A stretch of 63,058 nt of DNA from IMG/VR virus record IMGVR_UViG_3300048998_000312, positions 1 to 63,058 of that record. One strand, given 5' to 3'. A model generated the notes under the pieces. The model saw only the letters and a program-made list of their open reading frames with translations. It did no database searches and had not been told where the DNA came from. The position numbers were made by a program, and so were the translations under genes. Positions 17,778 to 27,037 of the stretch are shown in pieces; positions within the stretch are counted from its first letter, which is position 1; every line of letters begins with the position of its first letter. This DNA comes from a virus (taxonomy: Duplodnaviria; Caudoviricetes).

Positions 17778-18440
17778 GTGAAGGCCGTCGAAATGGCTGG
17801 CCAGAAGCACGGTCGCCTGCTGGTCCTTCAGCGCGCTGGCACCGCGGGCAGAGTCGCGAGATGGCGATGCCTCTGCGACTGCGGTCGCGAAGCCTTCGTC
17901 CGCGGTAAGGATCTGCGCACGGGCAACACGGTTTCGTGCGGCTGCTTTCATCGGGAGCGACAAATCGCGATTCCGCGAAAGCATGGGGCGCATGGCACCC
18001 CCGAATATCGAATTTGGGCAGACATTCGCCAGCGGTGCCTCAATCCCAAGCGCGAATGCTTCAAGAACTATGGCGGCCGCGGGATAGGCATTTGTGCCCC
18101 GTGGCGCGACAGCTTCGCAGTGTTCCTGGCACACGTCGGGCCGCGGCCCAGCGGAACGCATTCCATCGACCGCATCGACAACTCTCGCGGCTACGAGCCA
18201 GGAAATGTCCGGTGGGCGACACCCACCGAGCAGGCATCCAACACGCGCGCTAACCGGAAGCTCGAACACGCCGGCGAGCGGCTGACGGTCAATGAATGGG
18301 CTCGTCGGACTGGCATCAGGCCGTCAACGATCGCGTTCCGATTGAAGGTCGGTTGGTCCGTCGCGGAGGCGCTTACCTCCCCGGTTCGCACGAATGGCCA
18401 TGCTGCCTCAAGCCGCAGAAGAAAGGTGCTCGCGCGATGA
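17778..18440 (+). CDS. HNH-type homing endonuclease-like protein
   Basis: CLCDCG, SCGC, YGGRGI, SIDRIDNSRGYEPGNVRWAT; lower GC than neighbours. Confidence 0.88.
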   Translation: MKAVEMAGQKHGRLLVLQRAGTAGRVARWRCLCDCGREAFVRGKDLRTGNTVSCGCFHRERQIAIPRKHGAHGTPEYRIWADIRQRCLNPKRECFKNYGGRGIGICAPWRDSFAVFLAHVGPRPSGTHSIDRIDNSRGYEPGNVRWATPTEQASNTRANRKLEHAGERLTVNEWARRTGIRPSTIAFRLKVGWSVAEALTSPVRTNGHAASSRRRKVLAR

Positions 18441-18763
18441 ATACTCCCGATCTCGTCGCGATGCGGTCGTCCGAAGCAGACAGCCGCCTCACGCTTCTCC
18501 GCAAGAACTTCGCGCTGCATGCCGCGGCGCACCGACTCCTTCGCGAGAACCAGCGTCTCGGCACGTTCAACAGTCAAGCGAATGCCAATCTGACGGCGGT
18601 CGAATCGCGATGCACAGCCCTCCTCACCGCACGCCGTGAGCTTGCGTGGGAGGTCACCGAGCTTACCGAGGCGATCAAGGAGTCGCACGGCGCATGGACG
18701 ATGCGGGCGCGCGTTGCGATCCGCGTAGCCGGCGAGCTGGCGATCGTGGGGTACGTGCGATGA
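18437..18763 (+). CDS. Hypothetical protein
   Basis: ATGA overlaps at both ends. Confidence 0.6.
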   Translation: MNTPDLVAMRSSEADSRLTLLRKNFALHAAAHRLLRENQRLGTFNSQANANLTAVESRCTALLTARRELAWEVTELTEAIKESHGAWTMRARVAIRVAGELAIVGYVR

Positions 18764-19383
18764 GCGCGACGAACCGCGGCGCCGTGCGCGTCCCTGACGA
18801 CTTTTACGGCACGCCCTCATGGACCGTCGACGCGATCCTTCCGCACCTTCCGCTCGCGGGCACGATCGTCGATCTCGGCTGCGGCGAAGGGCAAATACTC
18901 GAGCGTGTCGCGGCCATCGCACCGCCGCGCGCGAGCCTGTACGGCGTCGAGATCGACCCGGTTCGGGCCGGTGTTTGTCGGATGCGCGTGCCGCGCGCAC
19001 GCATCCACGTCCTCGACTTCCTCGCTATGCCGCCAATGCCGGCCGATCTCTTCGTTTTCAATCCGCCCTATGACGTGAAGGAGCGGCCGGGGACGACGGC
19101 CTTCGCGTTCGTGCGGAAAGCACACGAAGCCGCCGCGGGTCGCGGGACCGTCGCGGCGCTCCTTCGATTGAACTGGCTTGAAGGCGCGGCGAGCGAAGAG
19201 CCTGCGCGACTGGCATTCCTTCGCGCGCATCCGCCGGACATCTTCATCACGCCGAAGCGTCCGAGCTTCGGTCTGAACAAGGACGGCAAGCGCGCGACGG
19301 ATGCGACGGCCTACGGTTGGATGGTTTGGGGACCGGGCCGCGTCGGCGTCGTGCGGTGGCTCGATGTGGAAGCAGCGCGATGA
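18760..19383 (+). CDS. Orphan DNA N6-adenine/N4-cytosine methyltransferase
   Basis: DFYGTP, DLGCGEG, GVEID, FNPPY, LLRLNWLE, RPSF. Confidence 0.88.
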   Translation: MSATNRGAVRVPDDFYGTPSWTVDAILPHLPLAGTIVDLGCGEGQILERVAAIAPPRASLYGVEIDPVRAGVCRMRVPRARIHVLDFLAMPPMPADLFVFNPPYDVKERPGTTAFAFVRKAHEAAAGRGTVAALLRLNWLEGAASEEPARLAFLRAHPPDIFITPKRPSFGLNKDGKRATDATAYGWMVWGPGRVGVVRWLDVEAAR

Positions 19384-19757
19384 CGGGCGCCGCTTACCGC
19401 AAGCTACTCAACACGATCGAGCAGCTCACGCCCGAGGAACGGATGGGCGTCGTTCGCTTCATCGAGGATCGCATTCCGAAGCGGCGCCGCACGATCGGCG
19501 AATACCTCCGCGATTGGTGTGTATGTAATGGCACTCGGTTGGCGCAAATGCGCGGGCGGGCGAAGGGCGCCTTCGTAACGGCGCAGCGTCGCGCGCTGTG
19601 TGCCGCACTCCATCGACAGGGGTTCTCGAGCGTCGAGATCGGTCGCGCACTCGGCCGGGACCACACGACCGTGCTGGCGGCGATTGCGACGCACGAGCGT
19701 TCCAAAGCGGGGGCAACGCGAATCGTTACTTCGAATACGAGGGAGGCATCGATATGA
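19380..19757 (+). CDS. DnaA C-terminal-like HTH protein
   Basis: SSVEIGRALGRDHTTVLAA. Confidence 0.75.
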   Translation: MTGAAYRKLLNTIEQLTPEERMGVVRFIEDRIPKRRRTIGEYLRDWCVCNGTRLAQMRGRAKGAFVTAQRRALCAALHRQGFSSVEIGRALGRDHTTVLAAIATHERSKAGATRIVTSNTREASI

Positions 19758-21028
19758 CAAATCGGAAGAGCAAAGCTCCGCCGAGCGCGGCGCCGGCGAA
19801 AGGCGATCGCACCGCACGCCTTCGGTACAGCAAGGTCTCGCGCCGGATGTGGAATGACGAGCGGTTCCGCCGGCTCTCCGCGCCGCCGCCATGCGGCCAA
19901 TCGCTATGGCAGCGGCTCCTCACCGGGCCCGAGCTTTCCAACATCCCGGGCCTCTTCATGGCGTGGGAGGCCGGGCTCGCCCAGTCGCTCGGATGGCCCC
20001 TCGGCACCCCGCTCGACCCTTCGGCGAAGGATCGCGTCACCCTTCCCGAAAGGATTTCGGATCCTTCGGGGAAGGGTGATCAGATCCTTCCGGGAAGGCT
20101 CCCGACGACCTTCCGGGAAGCCTGGTCCGAGCTCGAAATCGAGGGGATGGCTACGGCCGATTGGACCGTTGGGTTGGTGTGGATTCCGAAGGCCATCGAG
20201 CACAATCAGCCCGAGTCTCCGAACGTCGTCCGTGGGTGGCGAACGACCTGGAATGAGCTGCCCGAGTGCGCGGTAAAGTGCCAAGCCTATCAAGAGCTTG
20301 GGGCCTTCCTCGCGAAGGTCGGCGGGAGCTTCGCGTCAGCCTTCGCCGAAGGGTGCGCGGATCCTTCGCCAAAGGGTGGGCGGATCCTTCGCCAAAGGGT
20401 GATCGAAAAAACGCGACACCCTTTGGCGAATCAAGAGCAAGAGCAAGAACAAGAGCAAGAGAAGAAGAACCCCCTACCCCCAGGGGTGATGGGGCTCGAG
20501 AAGCCTTCGGTAAAACCAGAGAGCCGGAATCCAATCGAGCCCGGCCTCGTCGACCTCCCCGCCACGATCCCAACCCGTCGGCTCGACCGTGGCGTCGCGA
20601 ACGGCGAGATGCCCGATTGGCAGGTCGCCTACGCCGCCGGCATCTCGCGCGGATCGGGTGGACCGTTCACCTGCGGCTTCTCGAAGTTCGAGGCGGCGAC
20701 GATGATCCGCGTCGTCGAGAGTCACTGCCCTGATCGCTCGCGCATGGTTGCGTGGGTCGGCGAGACCGCCGAACGGTTCGCGCGCGCCGTGAAAGCCAAG
20801 CCGGCGATCTGGAGCTCGTATTCGCCAAACGGCATGGAGCGCTGGTTCAACGCCGGCTGCCCGACCGAAGGCGCGCCCTCGGGCATCCACGTGCGCGGCA
20901 CCCCGCATCCCGTCGACGACCTCGAAGAATCCGAGCCCGAGGAGATCCCGTCGCCCGAGGAGATCAAACGCCGTGCACGTGAGTATGGCCGCATCGCGCT
21001 CGTGAACGGCGGTGGCGTCGATGAATGA
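19754..21028 (+). CDS. Replication initiator
   Basis: MWNDERFRRLS..LLTGP..IPGL N-terminus, QEQEQEQE linker, internal iterons, precedes dnaB. Confidence 0.8.
   Translation: MTNRKSKAPPSAAPAKGDRTARLRYSKVSRRMWNDERFRRLSAPPPCGQSLWQRLLTGPELSNIPGLFMAWEAGLAQSLGWPLGTPLDPSAKDRVTLPERISDPSGKGDQILPGRLPTTFREAWSELEIEGMATADWTVGLVWIPKAIEHNQPESPNVVRGWRTTWNELPECAVKCQAYQELGAFLAKVGGSFASAFAEGCADPSPKGGRILRQRVIEKTRHPLANQEQEQEQEQEKKNPLPPGVMGLEKPSVKPESRNPIEPGLVDLPATIPTRRLDRGVANGEMPDWQVAYAAGISRGSGGPFTCGFSKFEAATMIRVVESHCPDRSRMVAWVGETAERFARAVKAKPAIWSSYSPNGMERWFNAGCPTEGAPSGIHVRGTPHPVDDLEESEPEEIPSPEEIKRRAREYGRIALVNGGGVDE
20018..20470. repeat. Iteron clusters / putative replication origin
   Basis: CCTTC-N3/4-AAGG palindromes at 20018, 20041, 20063, 20086, 20109 and 20340, 20363, 20386 (22-23 bp period), then an A-rich tract. 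Confidence 0.75.
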
Positions 21029-22436
21029 CCGCGCGACCGAAGGCCGGCTTCCGCCGCACAACCTGAATGCCGAAGCGAGCGTGCTTGCCGCGGCGATGAT
21101 CTCGGGCGGCACCGCGCTCGACGACATCGCCGGTCTTCTCGCGGGCGGCGACTTCTACTCCGAAGCGCACCGCAGGATCTTCGACGCGCTCGTCGCGCTT
21201 CGGCGGCGCGGCAAGCCGACCGACACGGTGCTCGTCGGCGAGCACCTCCGTGCGGAAGGCCGCATCGAGCAAGTCGGCGGGCTCCCGTACCTCACCGAAA
21301 TTCTGAACGCCGTGCCCGACGTCGCGAGCGTCGGCCACTACGCGGAGATCATCCGCGACACGGCGAAGCTTCGTCGAATCATCGCGAGCGCGCAGCACAT
21401 CGCGGCGCGCGGCTATCTGGCGACGGGCGACATCGAACGCTTTGCGAACGATGCCGAGCGCGAGCTCGGGGAGGCGACGCGGTCCGGCAGCGCGACGAAG
21501 GTCGAGACCGCGCAGGCGCTCGCATCGCGCTACCACGCCGAGGTCGTCGCCAGCGCGAACGGCGGCACGTCGACGATGGGCCTACCCACGGGCTTCCGCG
21601 GCCTCGACGCGCTGATTCTCGGACTGCGCCCGAAGCGCTTTCACATCCTGGCCGCGCGCCCCGCGATCGGAAAGACCGCCTTCGCGGTCAACATCGCGCA
21701 GCACATCACGCGGCCCGCACGAAGCCCGGACCTCCAGCAACACGCGGTGTTCTTCACGCTGGAGATGCCGAGCCTCGAAGTCATCTCGCGCGCCATCGCG
21801 GCCGACGGCGGCGTCGACGGCATGCGCACCGTGCGCGGGCAGATGGACGCCGAGGAATGGCGCCGCTTCAGCGAGGCGACAGGCCGCACGTCGCGAATCA
21901 GCCTTCACGTTTGCGACGATGCGGGGATCTCGGTCCTTGGCATTGCGGGCATCTGCCGCCGCGTGCGCACCGCCGCCGAGCGCGCGAAGGGGCGGCTCGC
22001 GCTTGTCGTCGTCGACTACCTCCAGCTCGTGTCGAGCGACGAGCGTCGGCAAGGCGACAACCGCGAGAACGAGGTCTCGCGGATCTCGCGTGGCTTGAAG
22101 CGGCTCGCGATGGAGCTTGATTGCGCCGTCATCGCGCTCTCGCAGCTCAATCGCGCCATCGAAGCGCGCGGCGACGGGCGCCCTCGCAATTCGGATCTCC
22201 GCGAGAGCGGCTCCCTCGAGCAGGACGCCGACGTGATCATGTTCATTCACCGGCCCGCGGTGCCGAAGCTCCCCGGCCTCCCGCGCCGCGGCGACGAGGC
22301 GAACGTGCATGAGATCATCGTGAGAAAAGCGCGCGGCGGCAAAGAGGGCATCGTTCGCGTCGCCTTCGAAAAGCAGTTCACACGATTCGCAAACATCAAA
22401 GAAGGCGCCGACGCGCCGGAGGACTTCGACGAATGA
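21021..22436 (+). CDS. dnaB: DnaB-like replicative helicase
   Basis: PPHNLNAE, AARPAIGKT, FTLEM, VVDYLQL, LSQLNR, DLRESGSLEQDAD. Confidence 0.96.
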   Translation: MNDRATEGRLPPHNLNAEASVLAAAMISGGTALDDIAGLLAGGDFYSEAHRRIFDALVALRRRGKPTDTVLVGEHLRAEGRIEQVGGLPYLTEILNAVPDVASVGHYAEIIRDTAKLRRIIASAQHIAARGYLATGDIERFANDAERELGEATRSGSATKVETAQALASRYHAEVVASANGGTSTMGLPTGFRGLDALILGLRPKRFHILAARPAIGKTAFAVNIAQHITRPARSPDLQQHAVFFTLEMPSLEVISRAIAADGGVDGMRTVRGQMDAEEWRRFSEATGRTSRISLHVCDDAGISVLGIAGICRRVRTAAERAKGRLALVVVDYLQLVSSDERRQGDNRENEVSRISRGLKRLAMELDCAVIALSQLNRAIEARGDGRPRNSDLRESGSLEQDADVIMFIHRPAVPKLPGLPRRGDEANVHEIIVRKARGGKEGIVRVAFEKQFTRFANIKEGADAPEDFDE

Positions 22437-22639
22437 ACATCCATCTCCTCCTCGGCGACGGCTCGATGCGCATTCCGGGCGTGCTGATCGCCGACCCCAA
22501 TTCCGATCGCTACGTCACCGTCCGTGTCGGCGATTCGTACTTTCGATTCCACCGCGCGACGGGCAAGGCGGCAGGCTCTCCGACGGACCGCTCGAACCCG
22601 TACGCGATTCCGCGGGACGAGCTTGCGAGGATCGCGTGA
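22433..22639 (+). CDS. Hypothetical protein
   Basis: Coupled ORF. Confidence 0.6.
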   Translation: MNIHLLLGDGSMRIPGVLIADPNSDRYVTVRVGDSYFRFHRATGKAAGSPTDRSNPYAIPRDELARIA

Positions 22640-23157
22640 GAGCGCCGGTTCTCATCGCCGTGGACCCCGGGCAGCGCCAGAGCGCGATGGTCCTCGCCGG
22701 CCCCGCGCCCGGCGGCCGCATTGCCGTCATCCGCGCCGAGATGGTCCCCGCCTCGTGCGAGGCCATGGCGGCGTTCATCGACGATGCGCTTGCCCGCTAC
22801 GCCGTCGCGATGCTGGCACTCGAATGGGCGGTCGGCGGCGCGTTCGACCGGTTCCGCGTGTCGGGGCTCATCGCGGCGATGGGCGTCGCGGGCGAGCTGT
22901 CGGCGCTGGCGTGGGATCGCGAGATTCCGATTCGGAAGGTCGACGCGCGGACGTGGCGGGCGAGTGTCATCGGGCGAATCCCGAGGGCGCCGAAGATCGC
23001 GGGCGTCGAATTGCCCCGCCCGAAGGCCGACGAATGGATCGCGCGGGCGCTGCCGATGTTCGCGACCGGGATGGGGGTGACCAACGTGCATCAGCGCGAC
23101 GCGATCGGGTTGGCGGTCTGGGGATCGCGGGTGGCGTGGCGACGGGTGGCGGCGTGA
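22636..23157 (+). CDS. RuvC-like Holliday junction resolvase
   Basis: IAVDPG, ALE, TWRA, HQRDAIGLA. Confidence 0.75.
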   Translation: MRAPVLIAVDPGQRQSAMVLAGPAPGGRIAVIRAEMVPASCEAMAAFIDDALARYAVAMLALEWAVGGAFDRFRVSGLIAAMGVAGELSALAWDREIPIRKVDARTWRASVIGRIPRAPKIAGVELPRPKADEWIARALPMFATGMGVTNVHQRDAIGLAVWGSRVAWRRVAA

Positions 23158-23323
23158 CCGGCCCGTCATTGCGCGCTTCGGGGGCAAGGCGGGGCTTTGG
23201 GGCGGCGGGGGCTACCGGAGTGGCTCCGCGGGGTGGCGGGCGCGTTCTGGCGGCGCGCCTCGGGTGGCATGGGCGGAATTTGTTGGGCGCTGGAGAGGCG
23301 TCCGGAAAGCGAACGGCAAGGCG

Positions 23324-24037
23324 ATGAATGAACCGACTCGAAGCATCGGCGGCGCGACGTCACCGCGGTCCTTCCCAATCCCGCTCCCCGATCGCATGCG
23401 CAGTCTCCACGTGAGCGCTCAGGGCTACCCGGTCCCGTGGTTCGTCGCGTGGCTCAGTGAGCATGGCGCGCCGCGCCGGCGTGGCGAAGGCACCCCGGAC
23501 TTCCGTGTCATCCACGCCGGCGCGATCGAGACCGCGATCCGCTCTCGCGTCTGCTGGCTTTGCGGTGAGCCGCTCGGCGCATATACCGCGTTCGTCATCG
23601 GGCCGATGTGCGCCGTCAATCGCGTGTCCTCCGAACCGGGCTCGCATCTCGATTGCGCGAACTTCGCCGCTCGCGCCTGCCCCTTCCTGGCCGATCCCAA
23701 GCGGCGTCGACGGGTGAACGACTTGCCGGCGGACGGTGTCGCGCCGGCAGGCGTTGGGCTCGCCCGCAACCCGGGTGTTGCGCTCGTGTGGTCGACGAAG
23801 CGCTTCAAGGTCTCCGAGGTCGGCAACGGCGTACTCTTTGACCTCGGCGATCCCGAGCAAGTGTTCTGGTGGGCCGAAGGACGGCGAGCAACCCGCGCCG
23901 AAGTGCGAGCGTCTATCGACGGCGGCTTGCCGGCGCTTCAGAGCATGGCCGACTTTGAAGGGCCGCACGCTGCGGCAGCACTCGCCGAGGCAGTAAGGCG
24001 CGCGGAACAGTGGCTGCCCGTGGAGGTGACGCGATGA
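23324..24037 (+). CDS. Conserved phage hypothetical Zn-binding protein
   Basis: GYPVPWFV..PDFR..CWLCG..EP.SHLDCA..ACPFL. Confidence 0.75.
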   Translation: MNEPTRSIGGATSPRSFPIPLPDRMRSLHVSAQGYPVPWFVAWLSEHGAPRRRGEGTPDFRVIHAGAIETAIRSRVCWLCGEPLGAYTAFVIGPMCAVNRVSSEPGSHLDCANFAARACPFLADPKRRRRVNDLPADGVAPAGVGLARNPGVALVWSTKRFKVSEVGNGVLFDLGDPEQVFWWAEGRRATRAEVRASIDGGLPALQSMADFEGPHAAAALAEAVRRAEQWLPVEVTR

Positions 24038-24330
24038 GCGAGCCCTATCGAACCACGCCGGCCGAACCCGCGAAGGCGCCGAACGCGTGGCGGATCTACG
24101 CGTTCGACATAGGCGATAACGGCTGGTTGGTATGTCCCGCGTGCCGAACGAAGCACGGTCGAATCGTGGGCTACTGCGAAGGGCGGCGACTCGGATGCCG
24201 ACGCACGCTCATGTGCCCGGCCACACCTCACTTGCACATTTGCTGCGGAGGAAATGGCAATTCAGGGTGCGGCTATCGCTGGCTGATGGCGACCGCCGAG
24301 CAGCCGGAAGCGCGGGAGGTGGCGCGATGA
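24034..24330 (+). CDS. Hypothetical Cys-rich protein
   Basis: Coupled ORF, GGAGG RBS. Confidence 0.6.
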   Translation: MSEPYRTTPAEPAKAPNAWRIYAFDIGDNGWLVCPACRTKHGRIVGYCEGRRLGCRRTLMCPATPHLHICCGGNGNSGCGYRWLMATAEQPEAREVAR

Positions 24331-24617
24331 TCCTCGCCGCACTCATCGTCGCTGCCGCCTTGGCCGGCATGCTTGTCGGTTGCGCGATCACGATTCGTCG
24401 CCTGTCGAAGGCGCTCACCGAGGCGAACGCGAGCACCGGTGAAGCGCTCGGCTGCGCGCAAGAATCGCTCGCGATGGCAAAGAACGCCACGTGCGAGCAG
24501 CGCGACCTCGCGAACGTATTGCAATGGCTCTACGGCGAGCTTTGCAACGAAGGCAAGCTCTCGGACGCGTGCGAAACGCGGATACGCGAATTGCTTATGA
24601 AAGCGGGGCGGGCATGA
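24327..24617 (+). CDS. Hypothetical membrane-anchored protein
   Basis: Hydrophobic N-terminus. Confidence 0.6.
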   Translation: MILAALIVAAALAGMLVGCAITIRRLSKALTEANASTGEALGCAQESLAMAKNATCEQRDLANVLQWLYGELCNEGKLSDACETRIRELLMKAGRA

Positions 24618-24985
24618 GCGCGCGCGAGAAGGCGATCGAGGCGCTGCGTGAGCTCGCCCGGCACCACTACGGCGATTGCGACTGCGTCGCCGACACGATC
24701 GAATGCGCGTTAAAGCAACAGCGTGCGCTCGAGACCGTGCTGACGCGCCGGTGTGACGTCACCTCGGAGGGGGCATTTGTTATCTCCTATGACTTGCTTC
24801 CCGGCGTCTCCACGACCGAGGAGCAAATCCGCGCCGAGGAGCGGGCGAAATGCGAGGCGGTCATCGTCGCGTTCTTGCGCGAAGGCGCTTCCCATTTCCG
24901 AGCGCGCAAATTCGAGGATGAAGCCAAGGCGCTCGACGCCTTCGCGACGGCCATCGCAGCGGGAAAGCATCGGGTGCCGCAATGA
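24614..24985 (+). CDS. Hypothetical protein
   Basis: Coupled ORF. Confidence 0.6.
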   Translation: MSAREKAIEALRELARHHYGDCDCVADTIECALKQQRALETVLTRRCDVTSEGAFVISYDLLPGVSTTEEQIRAEERAKCEAVIVAFLREGASHFRARKFEDEAKALDAFATAIAAGKHRVPQ

Positions 24986-25305
24986 GCCGCATCGACGGCC
25001 TTCGCGACCTCGCCGCGCGATGGGAGCAACGCTCGCACGCTTTTCCAAGCAACGTGTCCGCCCTAGCGGCGGCGCTTGCATTGAAAGAAGCGATTGATCT
25101 CGTCGAGGCTGCGCGTCTCGAGACGCGAGCAAAGGTCGAGGGCGAGATCGTAGCGCTCCTCGAGCGTCGCGAGCGTGACCTACGCGAGAGCGTGCGGCTC
25201 GGCGTCTTCTGGAGGCATCTTCCGATCTTCGAGGGCTCGATCGCTGCGCATAGCGACATCGGCGCAGCGATCGAACGCGGCGATCACCGACGAGGCGGCA
25301 CGTGA
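24982..25305 (+). CDS. Hypothetical protein
   Basis: Coupled ORF. Confidence 0.6.
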   Translation: MSRIDGLRDLAARWEQRSHAFPSNVSALAAALALKEAIDLVEAARLETRAKVEGEIVALLERRERDLRESVRLGVFWRHLPIFEGSIAAHSDIGAAIERGDHRRGGT

Positions 25306-25523
25306 GCGGCCGGCACTTCAGCGACCAGATGGTGAGAACCTGGAAGTTGGCGCCAAGCAAAAGCCGGCGTCGCTGTATTTGTTGCGGTCGTCGATCGACC
25401 CATATTGGCCTAGGTGGCGGCGGTGCCTTGATGAGCGGCTGCGAATGGCGAGTACGGCGTTGGTGCGCGCGCTTGCCCGACGCGCGCACGGTGGCTCGCG
25501 GTGATTACCGGAGGACGCGATGA
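25302..25523 (+). CDS. Hypothetical protein
   Basis: CICCG motif, coupled ORF. Confidence 0.55.
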   Translation: MSGRHFSDQMVRTWKLAPSKSRRRCICCGRRSTHIGLGGGGALMSGCEWRVRRWCARLPDARTVARGDYRRTR

Positions 25524-25714
25524 GCGCTAAGCCCACCGCCGACGCATGGCGCGCGCTTCCTGCGGACGTGCGTCGAAACGAAATTGAATACCAGCGCGAA
25601 CGAGCGCGCATTATCAGAGCGGACAGACGAACCCTGGGCGGCATCACCCTGACGGATGACGACGCCCGTCTGCTCGAAGCCATGGCCGACGCGCTCGAGA
25701 GCCTGGAGCCCTGA
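25520..25714 (+). CDS. Hypothetical protein
   Basis: GGAGG RBS. Confidence 0.55.
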   Translation: MSAKPTADAWRALPADVRRNEIEYQRERARIIRADRRTLGGITLTDDDARLLEAMADALESLEP

Positions 25715-25776
25715 TCGCCGCATAGTGGGCCGCCTCGCGCAGCCCTCCTATGCTCGCGCGCCATGGGAGGATTTCG

Positions 25777-26004
25777 ATGGCGCTGACGACGTGCCCGGAT
25801 TGCGGGCGTGAGGTTTCCGATGCGGCCCCGGCGTGTCCGGGTTGTGGCCGGCCGATGAAGGCGGCGTCCGTGCAAATGACCGAAGGCGCGACCGGCGAGT
25901 TTTTGGATCCGATGGCGAACGCGCGCGGGTGCCTTCGGATGGTGGCGCTGCTCTTCCTGTGCAGCCTCGCGCTCTTCGCGTTTTGCGTAATGTCGCGGCG
26001 GTAG
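25777..26004 (+). CDS. Zinc-ribbon membrane protein
   Basis: CPDCGREVSDAAPACPGCGRP plus C-terminal TM; TATGCT -10 and GGAGG upstream. Confidence 0.75.
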   Translation: MALTTCPDCGREVSDAAPACPGCGRPMKAASVQMTEGATGEFLDPMANARGCLRMVALLFLCSLALFAFCVMSRR

Positions 26005-26062
26005 TTGGATTGATGAAGCCGGCCGGGTTGCCCCGGCCACTTCAAACTCTCTCCGTACCGAA

Positions 26063-26236
26063 TTACCCGTTCGACTTCTCGAGCGTTTCCGCGGGAAAGG
26101 TGTCGCGTTCGACCTTCTTCTCGTTGAACCACATACAGACGAAGTCGTTGGCCTCGAGCTGGCGCGAGACGGTCATGTACGGACCCGTGGAGCTGGACTT
26201 GAGCTTTACGACGTCGCCTACTTTGATATTCGCCAT
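26063..26236 (-). CDS. YodC/DUF2158-like small protein
   Basis: KVGDVVKLKS..GPYMTV..CMWF..F..ETL. Confidence 0.8.
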   Translation of the reverse strand: MANIKVGDVVKLKSSSTGPYMTVSRQLEANDFVCMWFNEKKVERDTFPAETLEKSNG

Positions 26237-26405
26237 GCGGCGACGAATCGCAGGTCCGGACAGGGCGGCCAAATAAAGAGCCCGTCCCCCGGATCGCTAC
26301 CGTGTCCGCCGCTCCCCAAAAGCCGGCGACGGAAGAAGCGTTAGCCTTGCGGCTGATTCGCGTTCGGGGGGACGGGCGATAAAGAGGTTAGCGCGAATGC
26401 GCGAA

Positions 26406-26630
26406 TCAGGATCGTCGGCGTACAGGCTGTCCGCGCGGATTCGTGACCGCGTACCCGGCGCGGCGAAGAAACTCGGCAAGTACCGCGAGCGGGATGGTGG
26501 TCTCGGCGAAGTCGCGGTGATCGCAGCGGATGCGCAGGCGTGCGCGCTGGGCTCGTTGTTCGAGCGTTCCCTCGTCGCTGTCCGCCACGTTCTCGCTCGC
26601 GACCCCGAAGCGCCACTCGCCTAGACTCAC
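26406..26630 (-). CDS. Hypothetical protein
   Basis: GGAGGAG RBS, GTG start. Confidence 0.5.
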   Translation of the reverse strand: MSLGEWRFGVASENVADSDEGTLEQRAQRARLRIRCDHRDFAETTIPLAVLAEFLRRAGYAVTNPRGQPVRRRS

Positions 26631-26785
26631 CCGCGCCGCTCCTCCCGCCCGATGGCGACACGCCGACGATCGCGCATCGGTGTGCCGCCCTTCCGATCGA
26701 TGTCGTGGCACATGCAGTCGCAGGTGTACGGGCCGCAGCCAAGGCGCCGGTGTTCGAGCTTCCGGCGCATGCGGCGCGTTCTCAC
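26627..26785 (-). CDS. Hypothetical small protein
   Basis: GTGA overlaps; CDCMCH motif. Confidence 0.45.
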   Translation of the reverse strand: MRTRRMRRKLEHRRLGCGPYTCDCMCHDIDRKGGTPMRDRRRVAIGREERRG

Positions 26786-26979
26786 GCCGCCCGCCGCGCG
26801 TCCGCCTCGAGCACCCGTCGCAGCCAATCGCGTGCGGTCAGCGCTGATTCGCCATTCGCGGCCGCCACCCGGAGCAAGGTCTCGACGGGAACCCCGACGA
26901 TCTGTGCCGCGCGAAAGGCCGCGCCGCGGTGAGGGTTCGGATCGGAGTCGAGCATCTCGGTCGTCGTTTCGAGCGTCAT
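26782..26979 (-). CDS. Hypothetical protein
   Basis: GGAGGTG RBS. Confidence 0.65.
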   Translation of the reverse strand: MTLETTTEMLDSDPNPHRGAAFRAAQIVGVPVETLLRVAAANGESALTARDWLRRVLEADARRAA

Positions 26980-27021
26980 GTCGCACCTCCCGGGTGCTGT
27001 GCCAATTAGCTGGGTGCCATC

Positions 27022-27037
27022 AGCACAATTGGTGCCA
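27022..27037 (-). promoter_or_regulatory. Sigma-54-like -24/-12 promoter
   Basis: TGGCAC-CAATT-GTGCT (GG-N10-GC) about 40 nt upstream of the 26979 ATG. Confidence 0.5.

Noticed and set aside
26280-26377. c-di-GMP-I riboswitch or hammerhead call
   Set aside because: Only a loose resemblance (GNRA stem, GGTAGCG); the GCAAAC/GACGCAAA and CTGATGA/GAAA cores are missing; kept as an unclassified element
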